From: Camelus ferus
Taxonomy: Eukaryota
Reading direction: 5' to 3'
Assembly: GCF_009834535.1 (NCBI RefSeq)
Contig: NC_045708.1
Coordinates: forward strand, 30,566,001 to 30,630,000
Length of the DNA: 64,000 bases
Below are positions 25,945 to 39,700 of the stretch, one piece after another; the first letter of the stretch is position 1; each line of letters begins with the position of its first letter. A program made the translations under genes and the position numbers. A model generated the notes under the pieces. That model saw only the letters and a list, made by a program, of their open reading frames with translations. It ran no database searches and had not been told where the DNA came from.

Positions 25945-26430
25945 AGAGCTGTGCTGTGCAGTGCAGTATGGTAGCCACTAGCTACATGTGGCTGTTGAAC
26001 CTTGGAATATATGGTTAGTGCAACTGAGAAACTGAATTTTAAATTTTATGTGATTTCAAGTAATTAAAACTTTAAAACCTGGTAATTGATTCAATTTTTG
26101 GAAACTTAAGTATATTTGGAACAACTTGGATGTGTGAATCTACTCTTTCAATTTAAATTTTATGAAGTCTAACTACAGATCAGGTTTTTCCAATGAAAAC
26201 TTGGCATCTAAATTGATTTGTGATGTGAATATAAAATACGCAGTTAGTATGAAATGTAAAATGTCTCATTAACAATTTTTATATTGATTACATGTTGAAG
26301 TGAGAATGTCTTTTGATATATTGAGTTAAATGTATCATTGTAATTAATTTTACTTATTTTTACTTTCAGCACGGCTAGAAAATTTAAAATTACATAATGT
26401 GACTTGCTTCATATTCTAGAAGACAGTTGC
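25945..26430 (-). mobile_element. hAT-Charlie (Charlie1/MER33-like) DNA transposon remnant
   Basis: GTAGCCACTAGCTACATGTGGCT terminus and AT-rich internal region; related to the copy at 34255-34550. Confidence 0.65.
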
Positions 26431-27559
26431 ATTAGACTATTATCTTAATGAAGGCAGGGACCTCTTTCTCATGTCTGCTGGTGTGTCCAGTGCCTGGCAT
26501 GGTGTCTGACACACAGTAGTTGTTAAGTATATATTTGAACAGATAAATGATTGACTCAACCTACTTAGTTGTTTCTGTTCACTCATAACACTGGTTTATA
26601 CCTGACCTTTATGTTATGCTTCCTCAGCCAACCAGCAAATTCTCTTAATATTTCTTAGTTCAACTTTAACCTCTCAATTTGTTTTTCTTCACTTAATTGT
26701 GTAACACTAGAAGTTAATCAGCTTTTCATGAAAGTCATCTGATGCCTGAGTGATAACTCTTCCCAATACATGAATTGGTCACACCAGTCTCTCCTAGCTT
26801 TGAAAGTTAGTTGATTTATTTTAAGCAATTTCCGGTGCCTTCAGTTGAATTTCCTAGCACATGATAGGCAGTCTTCTGTGTACATAATAATTGTTTCAGG
26901 TCTACATTATGGTGCAATTTTTAAAAATACACTTTAAATAACAATTAGGAGTGCAAGTACAAGTTAAAATATAATTAAGTGTGATGTAAATTCAACTGAG
27001 ATAGTGGTCAGGTTAACAGATACTTTCTCTATACAGCTAGATGCCTGTACAGCAGATGGTAAGAGGCAGACCACAGGTGTCTTTGGATTTTCATTGTAAG
27101 ATGCATCCCTGATTTCAGAAATGTTTAAACATGGAAAATAATGGCAGCGTGAGGAATAAGTGGAGTTAGGCAGAAGAGCAATAGGGGAAACATGTTGGGT
27201 AGAGGAGAGGGCATGTTCAGTATCATTTGCAAGCAAGAGAGAGCAGGGGATGTTGGAGGACTGGAAAATTTGAGTGTGACTAGAATCTAGAGTGAAAACG
27301 GTAGAAGCTTTGGGAAGTAGAAAAGAAGGAGCACTTCATTCTGTGGTATGGGGCCACGTCAGCATTGGCTTCTCATAAGCAGAGCTGTCGGAGCTCGGCC
27401 TGGGGCTGAGTGGGCATTCACGGGGGAATGGTGAGAACGGGAAGACTATTTGAGGCATAAGCAAAGATGTGGACGTAACTTCACTTTGGGATCTAAGTAA
27501 GGGCGTCCTAGAAATCTTACCCTTTTTCGACCCACAGTTCGTTTTTTTCTCACTCTTAG

Positions 27560-27697
<138 letters not shown>

Positions 27698-28156
27698 TGA
27701 CTGAACTTGCTTATAAATCATTGTAACTTACTTGTTTTCAGTACCTCCTAGGAATATAGAAATGCTGAGTGAAAGAGCATAAGCCCAAGAGGTTAAGTAT
27801 AAGTTTTTCACTGAGAGAAAGTTCAGTAAGGCAAAGTATTTTAAGGGAAAAATATGTTTTCAGTTATAAAAGAAATGTACTTACTACAGAAAAATTGGAA
27901 AGAAATTTAAAAACTGCTCAAAGCCAATAATACTCAACATTTTGAAATATTTTTCTAAAGGCATTTTTACAGCACAGTAGCGTAACCCAGTCTAACTTTT
28001 GTCTCCTCAGTATCATCTGGATCTCAGTAGTGATTCATTGCTATTGGGGAGCAGGATCCTTAGCACTGAGCAGATTGCAGATGTTGAGTGGGATGATCGT
28101 TGACTATGAGCCTGTTACCTCTGATACCTAATTTGTTACATTTCTGTGGCTCTTAG

Positions 28157-28330
<174 letters not shown>

Positions 28331-28343
28331 TGAGAAATTCTTG

Positions 28344-28378
28344 GTGTGTGTGTGTGTGTGAGAGAGAGAGAGTGAGAG
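28344..28378 (+). repeat. Compound (TG)n(AG)n microsatellite in C1orf50 intron 4
   Basis: Seen directly. Confidence 0.9.
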
Positions 28379-28621
28379 AAAATGTAGGCATAGTAGTTGG
28401 TAAATGGTTTCCTAGAAAATTGGAGGTGGCGTGAGCTCAGACATGGCTCTAAAAGATATACAGGTGCTTAAATTATTTCACAGTCATTACCTCTGTTAAG
28501 AGAGGTATCTGGCATGTAATGTAATGCTTTCCAAGAATGATTCTGACCGGTCTGAAATGAAAAACCAAAAGAGAAATTTGAGACATAATTAGGAAATGCA
28601 CTCAGTTTCTTTACACCTTGA

Positions 28622-28850
28622 NNNNNNNNNNNNNNNNNNNNNNNNNNNNNNNNNNNNNNNNNNNNNNNNNNNNNNNNNNNNNNNNNNNNNNNNNNNNNNN
28701 NNNNNNNNNNNNNNNNNNNNNNNNNNNNNNNNNNNNNNNNNNNNNNNNNNNNNNNNNNNNNNNNNNNNNTTGCTAAGCCAGCCAGTGGCTCTGCCTTCAA
28801 GCACTGAACCCAGCTTCCAGGGGTTCAGTTCCACTGAGAGTGGACTCTGA
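28622..28850 (+). CDS. C1orf50: C1orf50 exon 5; 5' part and acceptor hidden in N-run 28622-28769
   Basis: Visible LLSQPVALPSSTEPSFQGFSSTESGL* from 28770, TGA at 28848-28850; start is approximate. Confidence 0.8.
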
Positions 28851-30237
28851 CAAACGCTGTCACGACAAGGACCAGTCACCTCCTTGTTTCTCCAATGTCT
28901 GCCTTGATGGGAAGTGGCATGTAGGTGAATCATGAACTTGGAAGGCGATCCTCTGTGAATGTAAATGCTGTCGTTACTACTTTTAGTTGGGATGATGAAG
29001 AATCATATCAGTCTCTTTGGGGATCCTCTCTGGGTCATAGATATGAAACCAGTCAGTTGCATAGCACTGGCCAGTGTACTTTCTTTCTCCATTATCTCCA
29101 TCTGTTCTCCCATAAGTCACACCATTAGAGAAAGAAGAGTTTCTTCTTTCCACAAAAAGGTTACCGAGTCATTTCCCGGAGAGGACTGTTATTAGCCTTT
29201 TTGTAACTGAAAGTGTTTAAGATTAGGGTTGAGGCTATTTAACAGTTGGTGTAACCCCAGCTTCAGATTCATCTGGGAAGCAGAATATTGGGTACTGGAG
29301 GATGATAAACAACTTGGCTTGGCTAGTGAGAGAGGGTGTGTGATTCTGCTATTTCTGCACTGTTGATGAGGTTTGGCTTGCCCCATTCTGCTCTTTCTGT
29401 CAAGATAGGATGCCCGGAGAAACTGAGGCAGTAGCAATGGCCAGGTTTTGGGTTTTGGTCAGGTTCAGCCTCTAAACTCACAGAATTTTAGACTTGGAAG
29501 AGATGTTGGAGGCTGCTGCTAACCATGGTATGAATCCACTCTCTAGCCTCACTGAGCTGGAGATCCAGAGATCAGCCGTCTGCAGCATGAAAAATCCACT
29601 AAATGGCAACTTCAGAATATTATGGAAGAGAGAATAGTGCAGCGGGTGAGAAACAAGAAAAACAGCCAGCCTGTTGGTTAGGAGTTAACTCAGATTAAAA
29701 CTCATTTTGACCTGGATTATTAAGGAATTTAGAGGCTCTTTGGCTGAGTTTTTATGCTGATTCTGACTGAGCCCTTGTGGGATTCTACCTCACTACTTGT
29801 CTGTTCAGTGGAATTAACTAATTGACCGTGTATCCAGCATTGCTTTACTTCCCCTCAGTGCCATATAATCTATCACAACATACGGTAAAAGGAGTGAGAG
29901 ATGTGTGCTCGAAACCACGACTGCCAGGTTCCTCTCTGGGGATGAATGTCTCTTGTGCTGGTCTGCTTGGTAATACCACAACCTCATCCTGGTGCTCATG
30001 GCCTTTTCTTACAAGCTTCATTCCTCGTGAGCTGTAAGTGGTTGGCCAGGGCCGAGCACAGGTGGGGCTGGATTCTGACAAGGTCACACAGATGGTACTT
30101 GGTCGCTCAGTTCACAGGGTGAGATGCTCCAGGGAATGAGACACACACACACTAGTACAGTAGTTGACTCTAACTACGGAAAGTTTCTCAGGTTTTCAGA
30201 AGGTTCTCACTTGCATGGTAATAGCCCATTTTGAGTA

Positions 30238-30480
30238 GGTGTTTTATTATCTATTGCTGTGTAAATTACCACAAACTTAGTGGCCTAAAACAACACCCAT
30301 TTATTATTTCGTAATTTCTGTGGGTCAGAAGTTCAGGTACTGGGTCCTCTGCTTCAGGGTTTCTCACAAGGCTGCTGTCGAATTACTTGCCAGCCCTGTG
30401 TCCTCATCTGAAGGGAGGGAATGACCAAAGAGCATGAATACCAGAAGGCAGAAATCGTTGAATCTTAGAACCTTTCTCCC
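30238..30480. mobile_element. MLT1-type (ERVL-MaLR) LTR fragment
   Basis: TATTGCTGTGTAAATTACCACAAACTTAGTGGCCTAAAACAACAC...TTCTGTGGGTCAGAAGTTCAGG is typical of MLT1. Confidence 0.7.
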
Positions 30481-30840
30481 ATAGTGCTCAGTTGAGAGGG
30501 AGAAAGGAAAAGTTGTGGGTAAAAGAGGCAAAATTACAGTGGTTAAGTTGGTGGTGTTGGAGTCACAGATTTGGACGTGGCTCTCTGCTCTGACAGAATA
30601 TCCTCCCCGCTGTTGTCCCTGCTTCCTCCTCTGTTCCCGTCTCCAGTCCATTCTGCATAAAGTCATCAGCGTGATCTTTTGAAATGCAAATCCACCTCAC
30701 TCTTTTTTTTTTTTTTTAACTTTGTTACAAAGGATATTGCATTTTAAATTGTTGTGAATGCTGCTACAAATCCACCTTACCCTTGACAGTTCCTAACCAC
30801 TGGAGCAGAAATGAGCAGTGATTCAAAAGCAAACTTTCAG

Positions 30841-30954
30841 AGCGGTGGATGTAGCTCAGTGGTAGAGCACATGCTTAGCATGACCAAGGTCCTGGGTTCA
30901 AGTTCTAGTACATCCACTTAAAAACAACAAGAACCAAAAAACCCAAAAAACTAA
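30841..30954 (+). mobile_element. Camelid tRNA-Ala-derived SINE
   Basis: GTAGCTCAGTGGTAGAGCACATGCTTAGCATG...GGTCCTGGGTTCAAG plus A-rich tail; short TSD AAACTTTC at 30831 and 30955. Confidence 0.85.
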
Positions 30955-33039
30955 AAACTTTCTTTTGTTCTATAAGGTGTGCTCCCTACACTGACCACCA
31001 GGTGGTGCCATTGTACTTTCCTGGTTAAGCCAGTTTCCAAGCTTAGGGAAAGTGAGTGGCATTGTGAAGTGATTTTGGAGGCAGCATCTCAGAATGGGGG
31101 ACTAGGACCCAGTGGTTATGTACAGTAACCATTTTTCATTTACCTGTCCATGTACCCATCCAGTTATTATTAAGTAATAAGTGCCTTCTAGGTTGCAGAT
31201 TTTTGAGAATAACACAGCTAAATAAGACAGGTCCCTGTTTCCAAGAAGCTCACGGTCTGGGGTGGGGGGTGAAGCAAGTCAGTCATTACAACATAGTATA
31301 AGAAGGGCTGTGATAGAGGTATGCATGGGATATCATGGACCACCGGGGAGGGGTACCTAACTCAGCTTCGAGAATTTGAGAAGAGGAGGAGCTGACACCT
31401 GCTTGGTGTTGAAAAACAAAAAAGCCTGTTTGGAGGCTTCAATTTTCTGCTCTGTAGTAAAGTTGTCTCTGAGGGTGGAGGTAGGGTCCATTTTGGGATG
31501 GAGTTTTATTGTGAATGAACAAAGGGATATCCACTGAAGTCGTATCAACCAGAGTAATCCTGCCAGTCAGGAGGGGTGGAGTGAGATATGTACTGGCTAG
31601 AACACTCTTCTAACGGCTAGGAGATAGGTAGATGATGAATAGGATCAATTCTAGACAAAAAAAAAATAACGTGAGGGACATTGACAAGATGTAATTTGAC
31701 ATTTGGGGTATTGCATCCAGTTTAAAGTGAAGAATATGGGCCAGGGGATATGAGAGAAGAGCCAGGTGAAGGATTGGGAGTAGGGAGTTGGTAAAATTGG
31801 CCTTTTAGAAACCTCATTTTGGCAGCAGAGGATGAGTGGAGGGAAAATCATCAGGGGCCTACATCCTAGTCTGGGCAAGAGACGATAGAGATCTGAACTA
31901 AGATGGTGCTGGAATGAGAGTTGACATATTTCATCAGTTGTAAGATGTACTTTTCTTCCCTCACATTTTAATATCTGAGACCTAGATGCTTCTAGAAGTC
32001 AGGAGTATCTCATCATTTTAAGTGGCAGCATTTTTTCTTTCAGCTACATAAAACAGTGGTGTGTCTTAGCAATGGGTAGCATCCTAGGCTTAATGAAGTA
32101 CGGCATTTTGAAAGTACAGTGGATTGCCATCTTGTTAACTAATACAGTGTAGCAGGATGAGTGGAAGGAAAGAATCTTGGATAATGCTTATATTTCTGGC
32201 TTGAGTGTGTGGATGGTAGGGATCCACCCAACAAAACATGGAAGAGGAAGACATCTCTGATATTTCCCAGAATAATTAGCAGTCTGTATTTGCTTCAACA
32301 ATCCACTGCACTGGCCCTGCCCAGGTTCCACCAGGTTTACAGGGTATGAGTATTGGCTAACTGTACCTCCTTTCTCTACCTTAGGGTTCTAGAAGTGGGG
32401 GGAAGAAGGCATGCTGTGTCCTTACCTTTTCAAGGTATCATTAATCTACAAGCGTTGAGAGTATTGGTGTTGCAGATACAAGAATGATGCATACTGTGTA
32501 GTGAGCTTTTATTCTGCCAGGCATACCCATTACCTGATTTAATCTTTATATAATCCACCATCTATGAGGTATTATGTAGTATTCCTGTTTTACAGAGCTG
32601 GAGCATCTCAGAGATTAAGCAAGCGGCCCAAAGTTAAACAGAGTGGTAGAGTCAAGTTCAGACATTCCTGTTTGATTCCGTCTGACCATGGCCGTAACAA
32701 TAACCTGCTTTGGTCGATTAGGACAAAATAGGACCTCTCCATAGAAGTGCGAAGAAGTTAAAATTCAAAAGCGATAGAGTAACACGTGCATATGGGATGC
32801 TGTAGGAGCAGTGCACAAGAGCATTTAGTGCTGAGCATGCAGAGGGTATGTATCAAGGTCCTGAGAAGTCACCTAAGGTCACACAACTTACAAGCAACGG
32901 AGCCCACATCTCTGGCACTAAAGCCCATGTGCAGCGCCCCTGCCCCCAACCCGGACACATACACGTATGCAAGATAGGGCTCATTCCCTTAAGGAGCCAG
33001 AGCTTGAGAGGAAGGAGCTACTAAAGTGCCTGGAGTAAT

Positions 33040-34215
33040 TAGATTTCTGTAGTCCAAAACAACGTTTGGTTCAGTGGGCCACTCACTACTTGAAAGCTTT
33101 TTTTCTTCATTTTGATTTGGAATATAACCATCCTGCTATTCTCCTACTTCTTTGACTGCATCTTTTCTGTCTCCTGACACTTGCATCTTGGACTGCTCTG
33201 GAGTCATGTCCTTGGCCCACTTTTCTTTCTCTCCTTGGTGATCTAATCATTTCCCATGGCTTTAAATGCCACTCAAATGCTGCTGAGTCACATGTGTCTC
33301 CAGCCCTGATGTCTCCCTGAGTTTCATGCAGACTTCATTTATCCAGCAGCCCAACTTGATGTAAATTACAAACCTAACGTGTCAAAAATGAGTCTTGAGT
33401 TATACCCCAAATCTGTTTGATCACCAGTCCTCTGTTTCCATCAGTACCTATGTACACACTGCTGCTGAAGCCAAAAACCTAAATCATCCTGATTCTATTT
33501 GTTCTTCCCATACCAATCAGCAAGTCTTCTCAGCTCTGTCTTCAAATTACATCCTAAATCTGACTGCTGCTCACCACCTGTGCCCCTCTCTCCCTCCTTA
33601 GTCCAACATCTCTAGTCTGGACTAAGGCAGTAGCCTCCTAACTTGCCTCCCTGCCTCCATTCTCATCCTCCTTCAGTCTGTTTCCGTAGAAACTGCATCA
33701 TCTTTTAAAACTATAAGTCAGGTTATAACACTTCTATAAAAGTGACCCCCAAATTTCTCATTATACTTAAAGTCCAAACTTGCCAGGGTTCCATGTGAGA
33801 ATGTGAGCACATTCTCAGTGCTCACCATGTTCCCACTGACCGTGCTGTGCTTTTAACACGTCAAGCTCATTCTTGCTCCAGGGTCTTTGCATTTTCTGTT
33901 CCATCTGCCTGGAACATTCCTCTCAGATCTTTACGTGGTTTGTGTCTTCTCATCATTCAGGTTCCTGCTCAAATTATCACTTCACTGATCACCCTAACAG
34001 AAGTACCAGCTCCTTTCACATCGAAATATTTCTGACTCTGCTTTGATTTCCATAGCACTTATCACGACCAGTGATTATCGCCTTTGCCCCATACTTGAGT
34101 GTAAGTTCTCTGAGGGCAGAAGCAGTGTCGGTCTTGTTTACTGCTATACCCCTAGCACCTAACATAGTGCCCGGCACATAACAAATGCTCTATTAATGGA
34201 TGAAAGGATGGATAT
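33040..34215 (+). mobile_element. L2 fragment
   Basis: CCCATGGCTTTAAATGCCAC...CCATCTGCCTGGAACATTCC...CCTAGCACCTAACATAGTGCCCGGCACATAACAAATGCTC. Confidence 0.75.
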
Positions 34216-34254
34216 CTGCAGCTCTGTACTTACTTACATCCTGCAGAGGATCTA

Positions 34255-34550
34255 AGGCAATGCAGCTAATAGAAATAGAATATGAACCACATGTGTGATT
34301 TAAAAATTTTTAGCAGCTACATAAAATAAAAAGAAACAAATGGAATTAACTTTACACTTACACTAACCTAGTATATACTAGTAAATACTAACATTTCAAC
34401 AAGTAATACCAAGAATTATTAGTGAGTTATTTTGCATTTTAAAAAAAACTATTCAGACTCTGGTAAATGTACAGCACGTCTCAATTTGGACTAGACACAT
34501 TTCAAGTGCTCAGGAGCCATATGTGGCTTGTGGCTACCGTGTTAGTGCAA
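34255..34550 (+). mobile_element. MER33-like hAT-Charlie element
   Basis: ...CTCAATTTGGACTAGACACATTTCAAGTGCTCAGGAGCCATATGTGGCTTGTGGCTACC matches the recalled MER33 3' end. Confidence 0.75.
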
Positions 34551-36758
34551 GTGCACATAGCCCCCTGCTGTTCTGTGAGCTCCAGAAGGGAGGAAGCTCG
34601 AAACTTCCAGCAGTTGGGGAGGAAGGTGTTTCTTCGCTATCCCTGCTTCCTCTCTCTTCTGAAGGAAGCTGCGGGGATGTCCAGGCTAACAGATGCATGA
34701 TCAAGTCCTTAGAATGATAATGATGACGACTGAGCTTCTGCTCTGTGCTGAGCACCTCATGTAATCTCATTTAATTCTCACAGCAATCCTCTTTTACAGA
34801 TTAGGAAATAGGTTCAGGAAACTACAGTGATGTGTTCAAATTTTATGCACCTGCTAAGTGTTAGAGCTGGAATGTAAATCTGGTTAACAGTTAAAGCCAG
34901 CAATATAATTATGTGATAGTTTTAATTTTGCCACTTTAATGGTCCATGTGGCCTGGACAAATGAAGAGAAATGCAAACCATAGAAAGAAGACGACCTGAC
35001 TCTTGGACTTGGACTCAGCACAGCTTTGGTTGCTTCCATCTTGCATCTCCCTCGTAGTTTCTCAGACACCTTAGATGCGACTTTAGTGTCAGACCGTGTT
35101 CAGGTCTCAGCTCCACTAATTAATAACAGTGTAAGCTTCAGTAAAATCGGCTCATGCCCCATTTCTTCTGGAGAATGGGAACGCTAATACTAACCTCAGG
35201 GGCACTTGAGAAAATCCAGTAAGATGATGATGTCTGCAAAGCATTGAACACAGTGCCTAATGGCTGGTAGCCACTCAGGACACACTAGATCCTGTACCCG
35301 TCTTCCCCCTCCAGGCTGTAAGGTGAGGCAAAGGGTCTCCTGACCTCCTAGCTCCACACCTTCTCTTAGCAATAGGGTAGTCAGAGAATGTGGGGTGGGT
35401 GTTAGCACTGGTGCTTGGGATCCTACCCAGTAGTAACACATTTCTTTCTGTGGCACACTATTCTTTCAGTTGCCAAATCTGGATACCTCAGACAGGCTCT
35501 AACCACCCCACCACCACCCCAACACACACACACACTCTTGGGATTCCATCCCACAATGGCTCCTGGTCTGGCTACTTCTTCCCATTCCTTTCTGTTGCTG
35601 TCCAACAGTATGTCTTTACTCCAGGCCTGCTCATCTCTCACGCAGTGTTACAGAGCCTTCCTCAACACTGGCTGCCACATAATCTTTCTAAACCAACCCG
35701 ACCATGTCACGTACCTCCTTAAAATTTACTATTTTCAAATTTACCCCAGCATCCCTTTGCAGCCTTATCTCCCCCAACTCACTTCCAGCTCACCTCCCAC
35801 ACACCGTGCGCTCTGGTCTCTTCCTGGCCAAGCCTTTCCGTACTCGCCATGATAGACTAGTCCCCTCCTCTCAGATCCTCCATTCCGCCTGCCGCGCCAC
35901 TTCGTGACCTAGGGCGCCCCTGTAAATTGAGGCCCCTTTCCCTGCCAACTACAGCCCCGTTGCCCCTCCCCTGTTCTCCCGGGGATTGTGAGCTAAGAGC
36001 CAGGGGTGAGAGGCTTGGGACGGCGCGGCTCCCCCTCGCCTGGGCTGGCCCCCGCCCACCGCACAGGAAGCGGGGAGAGAGTGTGGCCCCCACCCCACCT
36101 AGGAATGTCTAGTCCCCAGGTAAGCGTCTTCAGGTCTTCAGCATCGCTGGTGAGCCTGCCCCCAGTGCTGTCGGTGACCACGCCCCTGGGGGAAGGCGCT
36201 GTGCCAAAGTGCGGTTGCCGAGCCCCGGCTCTGTCTCGTCCATCTTTTCGAGGGGGCGTCGCGGTTGTCATCGCGGTCTGGGCGCAGAACGGCGGGCGGG
36301 GAGGGAATCCCTGGTGTCTCTAGTTCAGATAGACGAGCTCTCTGTTGGGGATGCTGGCCTCTAATGGGGATGGGAGTGGGAGCTGGGAGGGGGAGGCAGA
36401 GCGTCTCTAACCAGCGTGACTCTGCCTATGGCTCAGCCCCTGCGGGACAGCACCACCTGGAATATTCTCGCTCCAGTGATGCGCCAGGGTTTCCGGACAA
36501 GGAACCAACACCGCCAAGCCTTTCCTGAGACATCTCAGAGTCATACTCAACCCTCCCCTCTTCTTCCGGAAGCAGCCCCAGTGTCTGCCATTTCTGCTCG
36601 CCCAAATCGTTCTCCTCACTCACCAGTCTCGCGGCTCATTTCCTTTTCTTCAGTCTCTCCCCTCCCAGCCCGCGTGTGACCAAGACACCTCCTTACTAAA
36701 TAAATTATATCACTGCCTATCCACAGGCTGCAATTCAAGGTCACAGCAGCTTATCCAA

Positions 36759-36786
36759 ATGTGGCCTCCCTGCCGACTTTGCATCG
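36759..36786 (+). CDS. TMEM269: TMEM269 candidate first coding exon (28 nt, MWPPCRLCI-G)
   Basis: ATG 36759; donor TCG|GTATTG in phase 1 fits the open frame entering the next exon at 40300; TATA-like TAAATAAATTATAT at 36697-36710. Confidence 0.55.
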
Positions 36787-39700
36787 GTATTGTGCTGGCA
36801 CCCTTGCCAAGAAGTACCCCCCTTGTTGATGCTTAGAGACCCTCCCTAAATACTGCAATGGCGGAATCTTCCCCTGCCACCACCTCAGCCTTAGTCTTCC
36901 CCTGGACATCCTCAGCAACCAGACAACCCCCTTGTCTAACAGAACACTTGCCACACTGCCTTCACTGTCCCTGCACACGTCTGCCCCCGCTGCCAGACTC
37001 CCAGCTTCTTGAGGATGCTCACTGTGCCCAGAACACACAGGCCTGGCATAGAGCAGGCATTGGCAAATAAATCTTTTTAATGAGTAAATGGAAGATCATA
37101 AGTGTTGGGTAGATGCTTGGTGTGTTGAAGGGGCTGGATTGTTGAGAGCTTTTTTGAGAAGGCTTCTCATAAGACAAGCTGGACAGGCTCTGAGTAATTT
37201 GGTGCAGGGAGAGGATCTCGGGCAAGCACTGGCGTGCTCTATTAATTTAACAATCATTGAACAACTTCTATTGTCAGGCCTCATGCCCGGCACAGGGGAC
37301 CTCGGTCGGCACTCAAGTTACTTCCCCTGTAGTAGAGGAGGAAGACCACATAAGCGGTGCCAATACAGAGTGCCAAGTGTCACACGGTGAGCACAAGGAG
37401 TTGTGGCAGTACAGAGGAGGAGCACCTCAAGGCTTGCCAGGGGTGTCAGGCTTCCCAAGAGGACCACCACCCAATCCAAGACCAGAGTGGGGTGTAGAGA
37501 AGGGGTCAAGGGGCAAAAGAGAGAGGAGGCTGAGAGTTGAGCAGGGCTTCTTCACAAAGGACTTGCATACCAAATGAAGGAATTGGACTCCATCCCAAGG
37601 GCACTGGGGAGCCACTGATGGTTTCCAAGGAGCTGGGGAGTGACATGATCTGGTCTGCAGGCCACTGCTGTGCAAGGCCCTGGCTCTGACTCCCCTCTTC
37701 TAAGAAGCCTTCTCTGAGACCCCTGACAGGTGAGGTCCCTCTTCTGTGCTCCCTTAGCAGCCTCATCACTTCTTTTCTGTTCAGGGTTGGATGCCTCCCC
37801 TAAACTGAGCTTTTTGAGAGATAAGACCAGGTCTTAATCTTCTCTGTGTCCCAAGACCGAATGTTTGCTGAATGTATGGATTGTTCCTTTTTTTCTCTGA
37901 ATTTCTACAGCCCTTACTCTCAGGTCCACATCCTTTCACAGCTGGGACCTGTGCATTTTGCTGCAAATAGCATTTAATTGGGAAAGAGGAGGCCCAGTTC
38001 CAAATGGTTCCACCAATTACTGGGACAAGTTGCTTAACTGTCCTGAAACCTGTTTCCCCATCTGTAGGATGAGTTACCACTGTGAACTGAGTCTGTAAGT
38101 CTTCCCACGCATGCATGAGTCTTGTTTTCCTGGATAGACTATAAGTTCCATGAAGGCAGGGACCAAGGGCTTTCCCCAGCACCTCCCTCAGTCTAAGCTT
38201 ACAACAAATGCAATGATCAGTCCTGTTGGTTAGTAGAGTAAATAAGAAAGCAGAGTAAATAGGAAAGAACACGTAAGGTGAAGTTGGAAGTCTTTTGCCA
38301 CTTCCCGTATGACCTTGAGCAAGGTTCTTCCTCTCTCTGTCTTCTTTGCCTTACCTGGCAGACCTCATAGGGCCATTGGAAACCAAAGAGGTGAAAGTGC
38401 CTTGTGACTGAAAGAGATAATATAGTAGAAAATTAATTGAATATTAACCCCCCCAAACTATGAAATAGTGCAGATGAGGCGTATCTAGTAATTGGTAGAC
38501 ATACCCCAGGCATCTGCTAACTGCCTCTGAGAGGCTAGGATGCTGCTTTTCCAGGCACCAGTGGGCTAGGCTGGAACAGAAGTATTTGGTCTTGCTGGGT
38601 GGGATCAGCCCTGAGACCCAGGACAGACCAGGAGGGAAGAGTTTGCGGGGTGGGAGTGTGCATCCAGTCCTTTGCCCTCTCTCCTTCCAGATTTCTCTGG
38701 TAAGCATCGCTTTCTGTCTTAGGTTTTGAGGTGCCCTGGCATGACAAGGTCTCAGGAGTCCCAGTGGCTTTAGCAGTGTAGCTTCTGATGCCCCTTGGTG
38801 AAGAAGCTGGCCTGTGGGAGCAGTAAGCCCCACCATGCTGCCCTGGTAAACTCCCAGTCCCAAACTAGAAGTACAGCCCCCTTGCAACCTCTGACATCTT
38901 GGTGGCAGTGTTTATGGTTTAAACTATAATTAGTGTTTAAACCATGATTTGTTTTAGCTCTTGCCAAAACCAAAAGGGCCTGGGACTGTATGGAGGCTGA
39001 GTCTCAGCTTCCTCACTCTAAAATGAGTAAGGATTTAATGAGAAGACAGACATGAAAACACCCCAGAACTTGTATATTTTACTCACATGCAGAATTGCTG
39101 TTTGCAGGTAGCGTGTTTACAACCAGTATTTCAGAGGGCACTGGGGCTCTTTCTCCAAAAGAAAGTTTCACATAGTTTATGTGTAAGGAGTGCACATCTT
39201 TGGTCTTAGAGTGAAAACAGAGACAGAGGGACTGTGAAAATGGGCAGGGCCAGCTAATGCACTGCTGCTGAGGGAGGCTGGGAGGAGTGAGGAGGCCGGG
39301 GCAGGCCTGGGCTGGCCATCTGAGCTCCCTCATTGCCCCCTGCCCCACAGACCTCTCCTGCTGAGATTATACGCCTGGCAGAAGAAGCACCAGATTTAGA
39401 ATCAAACAGGCAGGATTAGGTTCCACTCACCTAATATGTGACTTTGAGCAAATATCTCCATTTCTCTGAACCTCAGTTTCCTCACCAATGAAATGGGGAG
39501 ATTGCTAGCACCATTACTGGAGGCTGTCAGGATCAGAAAAGAGAATGCAGTGACATTGCCCTGTGAACTGTTTAGTGCTGCCCATATTCATTTTCTGTTT
39601 CTCATCTCTTCCCTTCTGGAACTGGGCCTGCTGTTGGGGCTTGTCAGGACCAGTACCTTGGGGCACCTCGGCCACAGCTCTGTCCTTCTGAGGGAGTGAG

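Noticed and set aside
30841-30920. tRNA-Ala(AGC)-like sequence as a functional tRNA gene
   Set aside because: Acceptor and T stems are disrupted, and it has an A-rich tail and TSD, so it is a SINE copy
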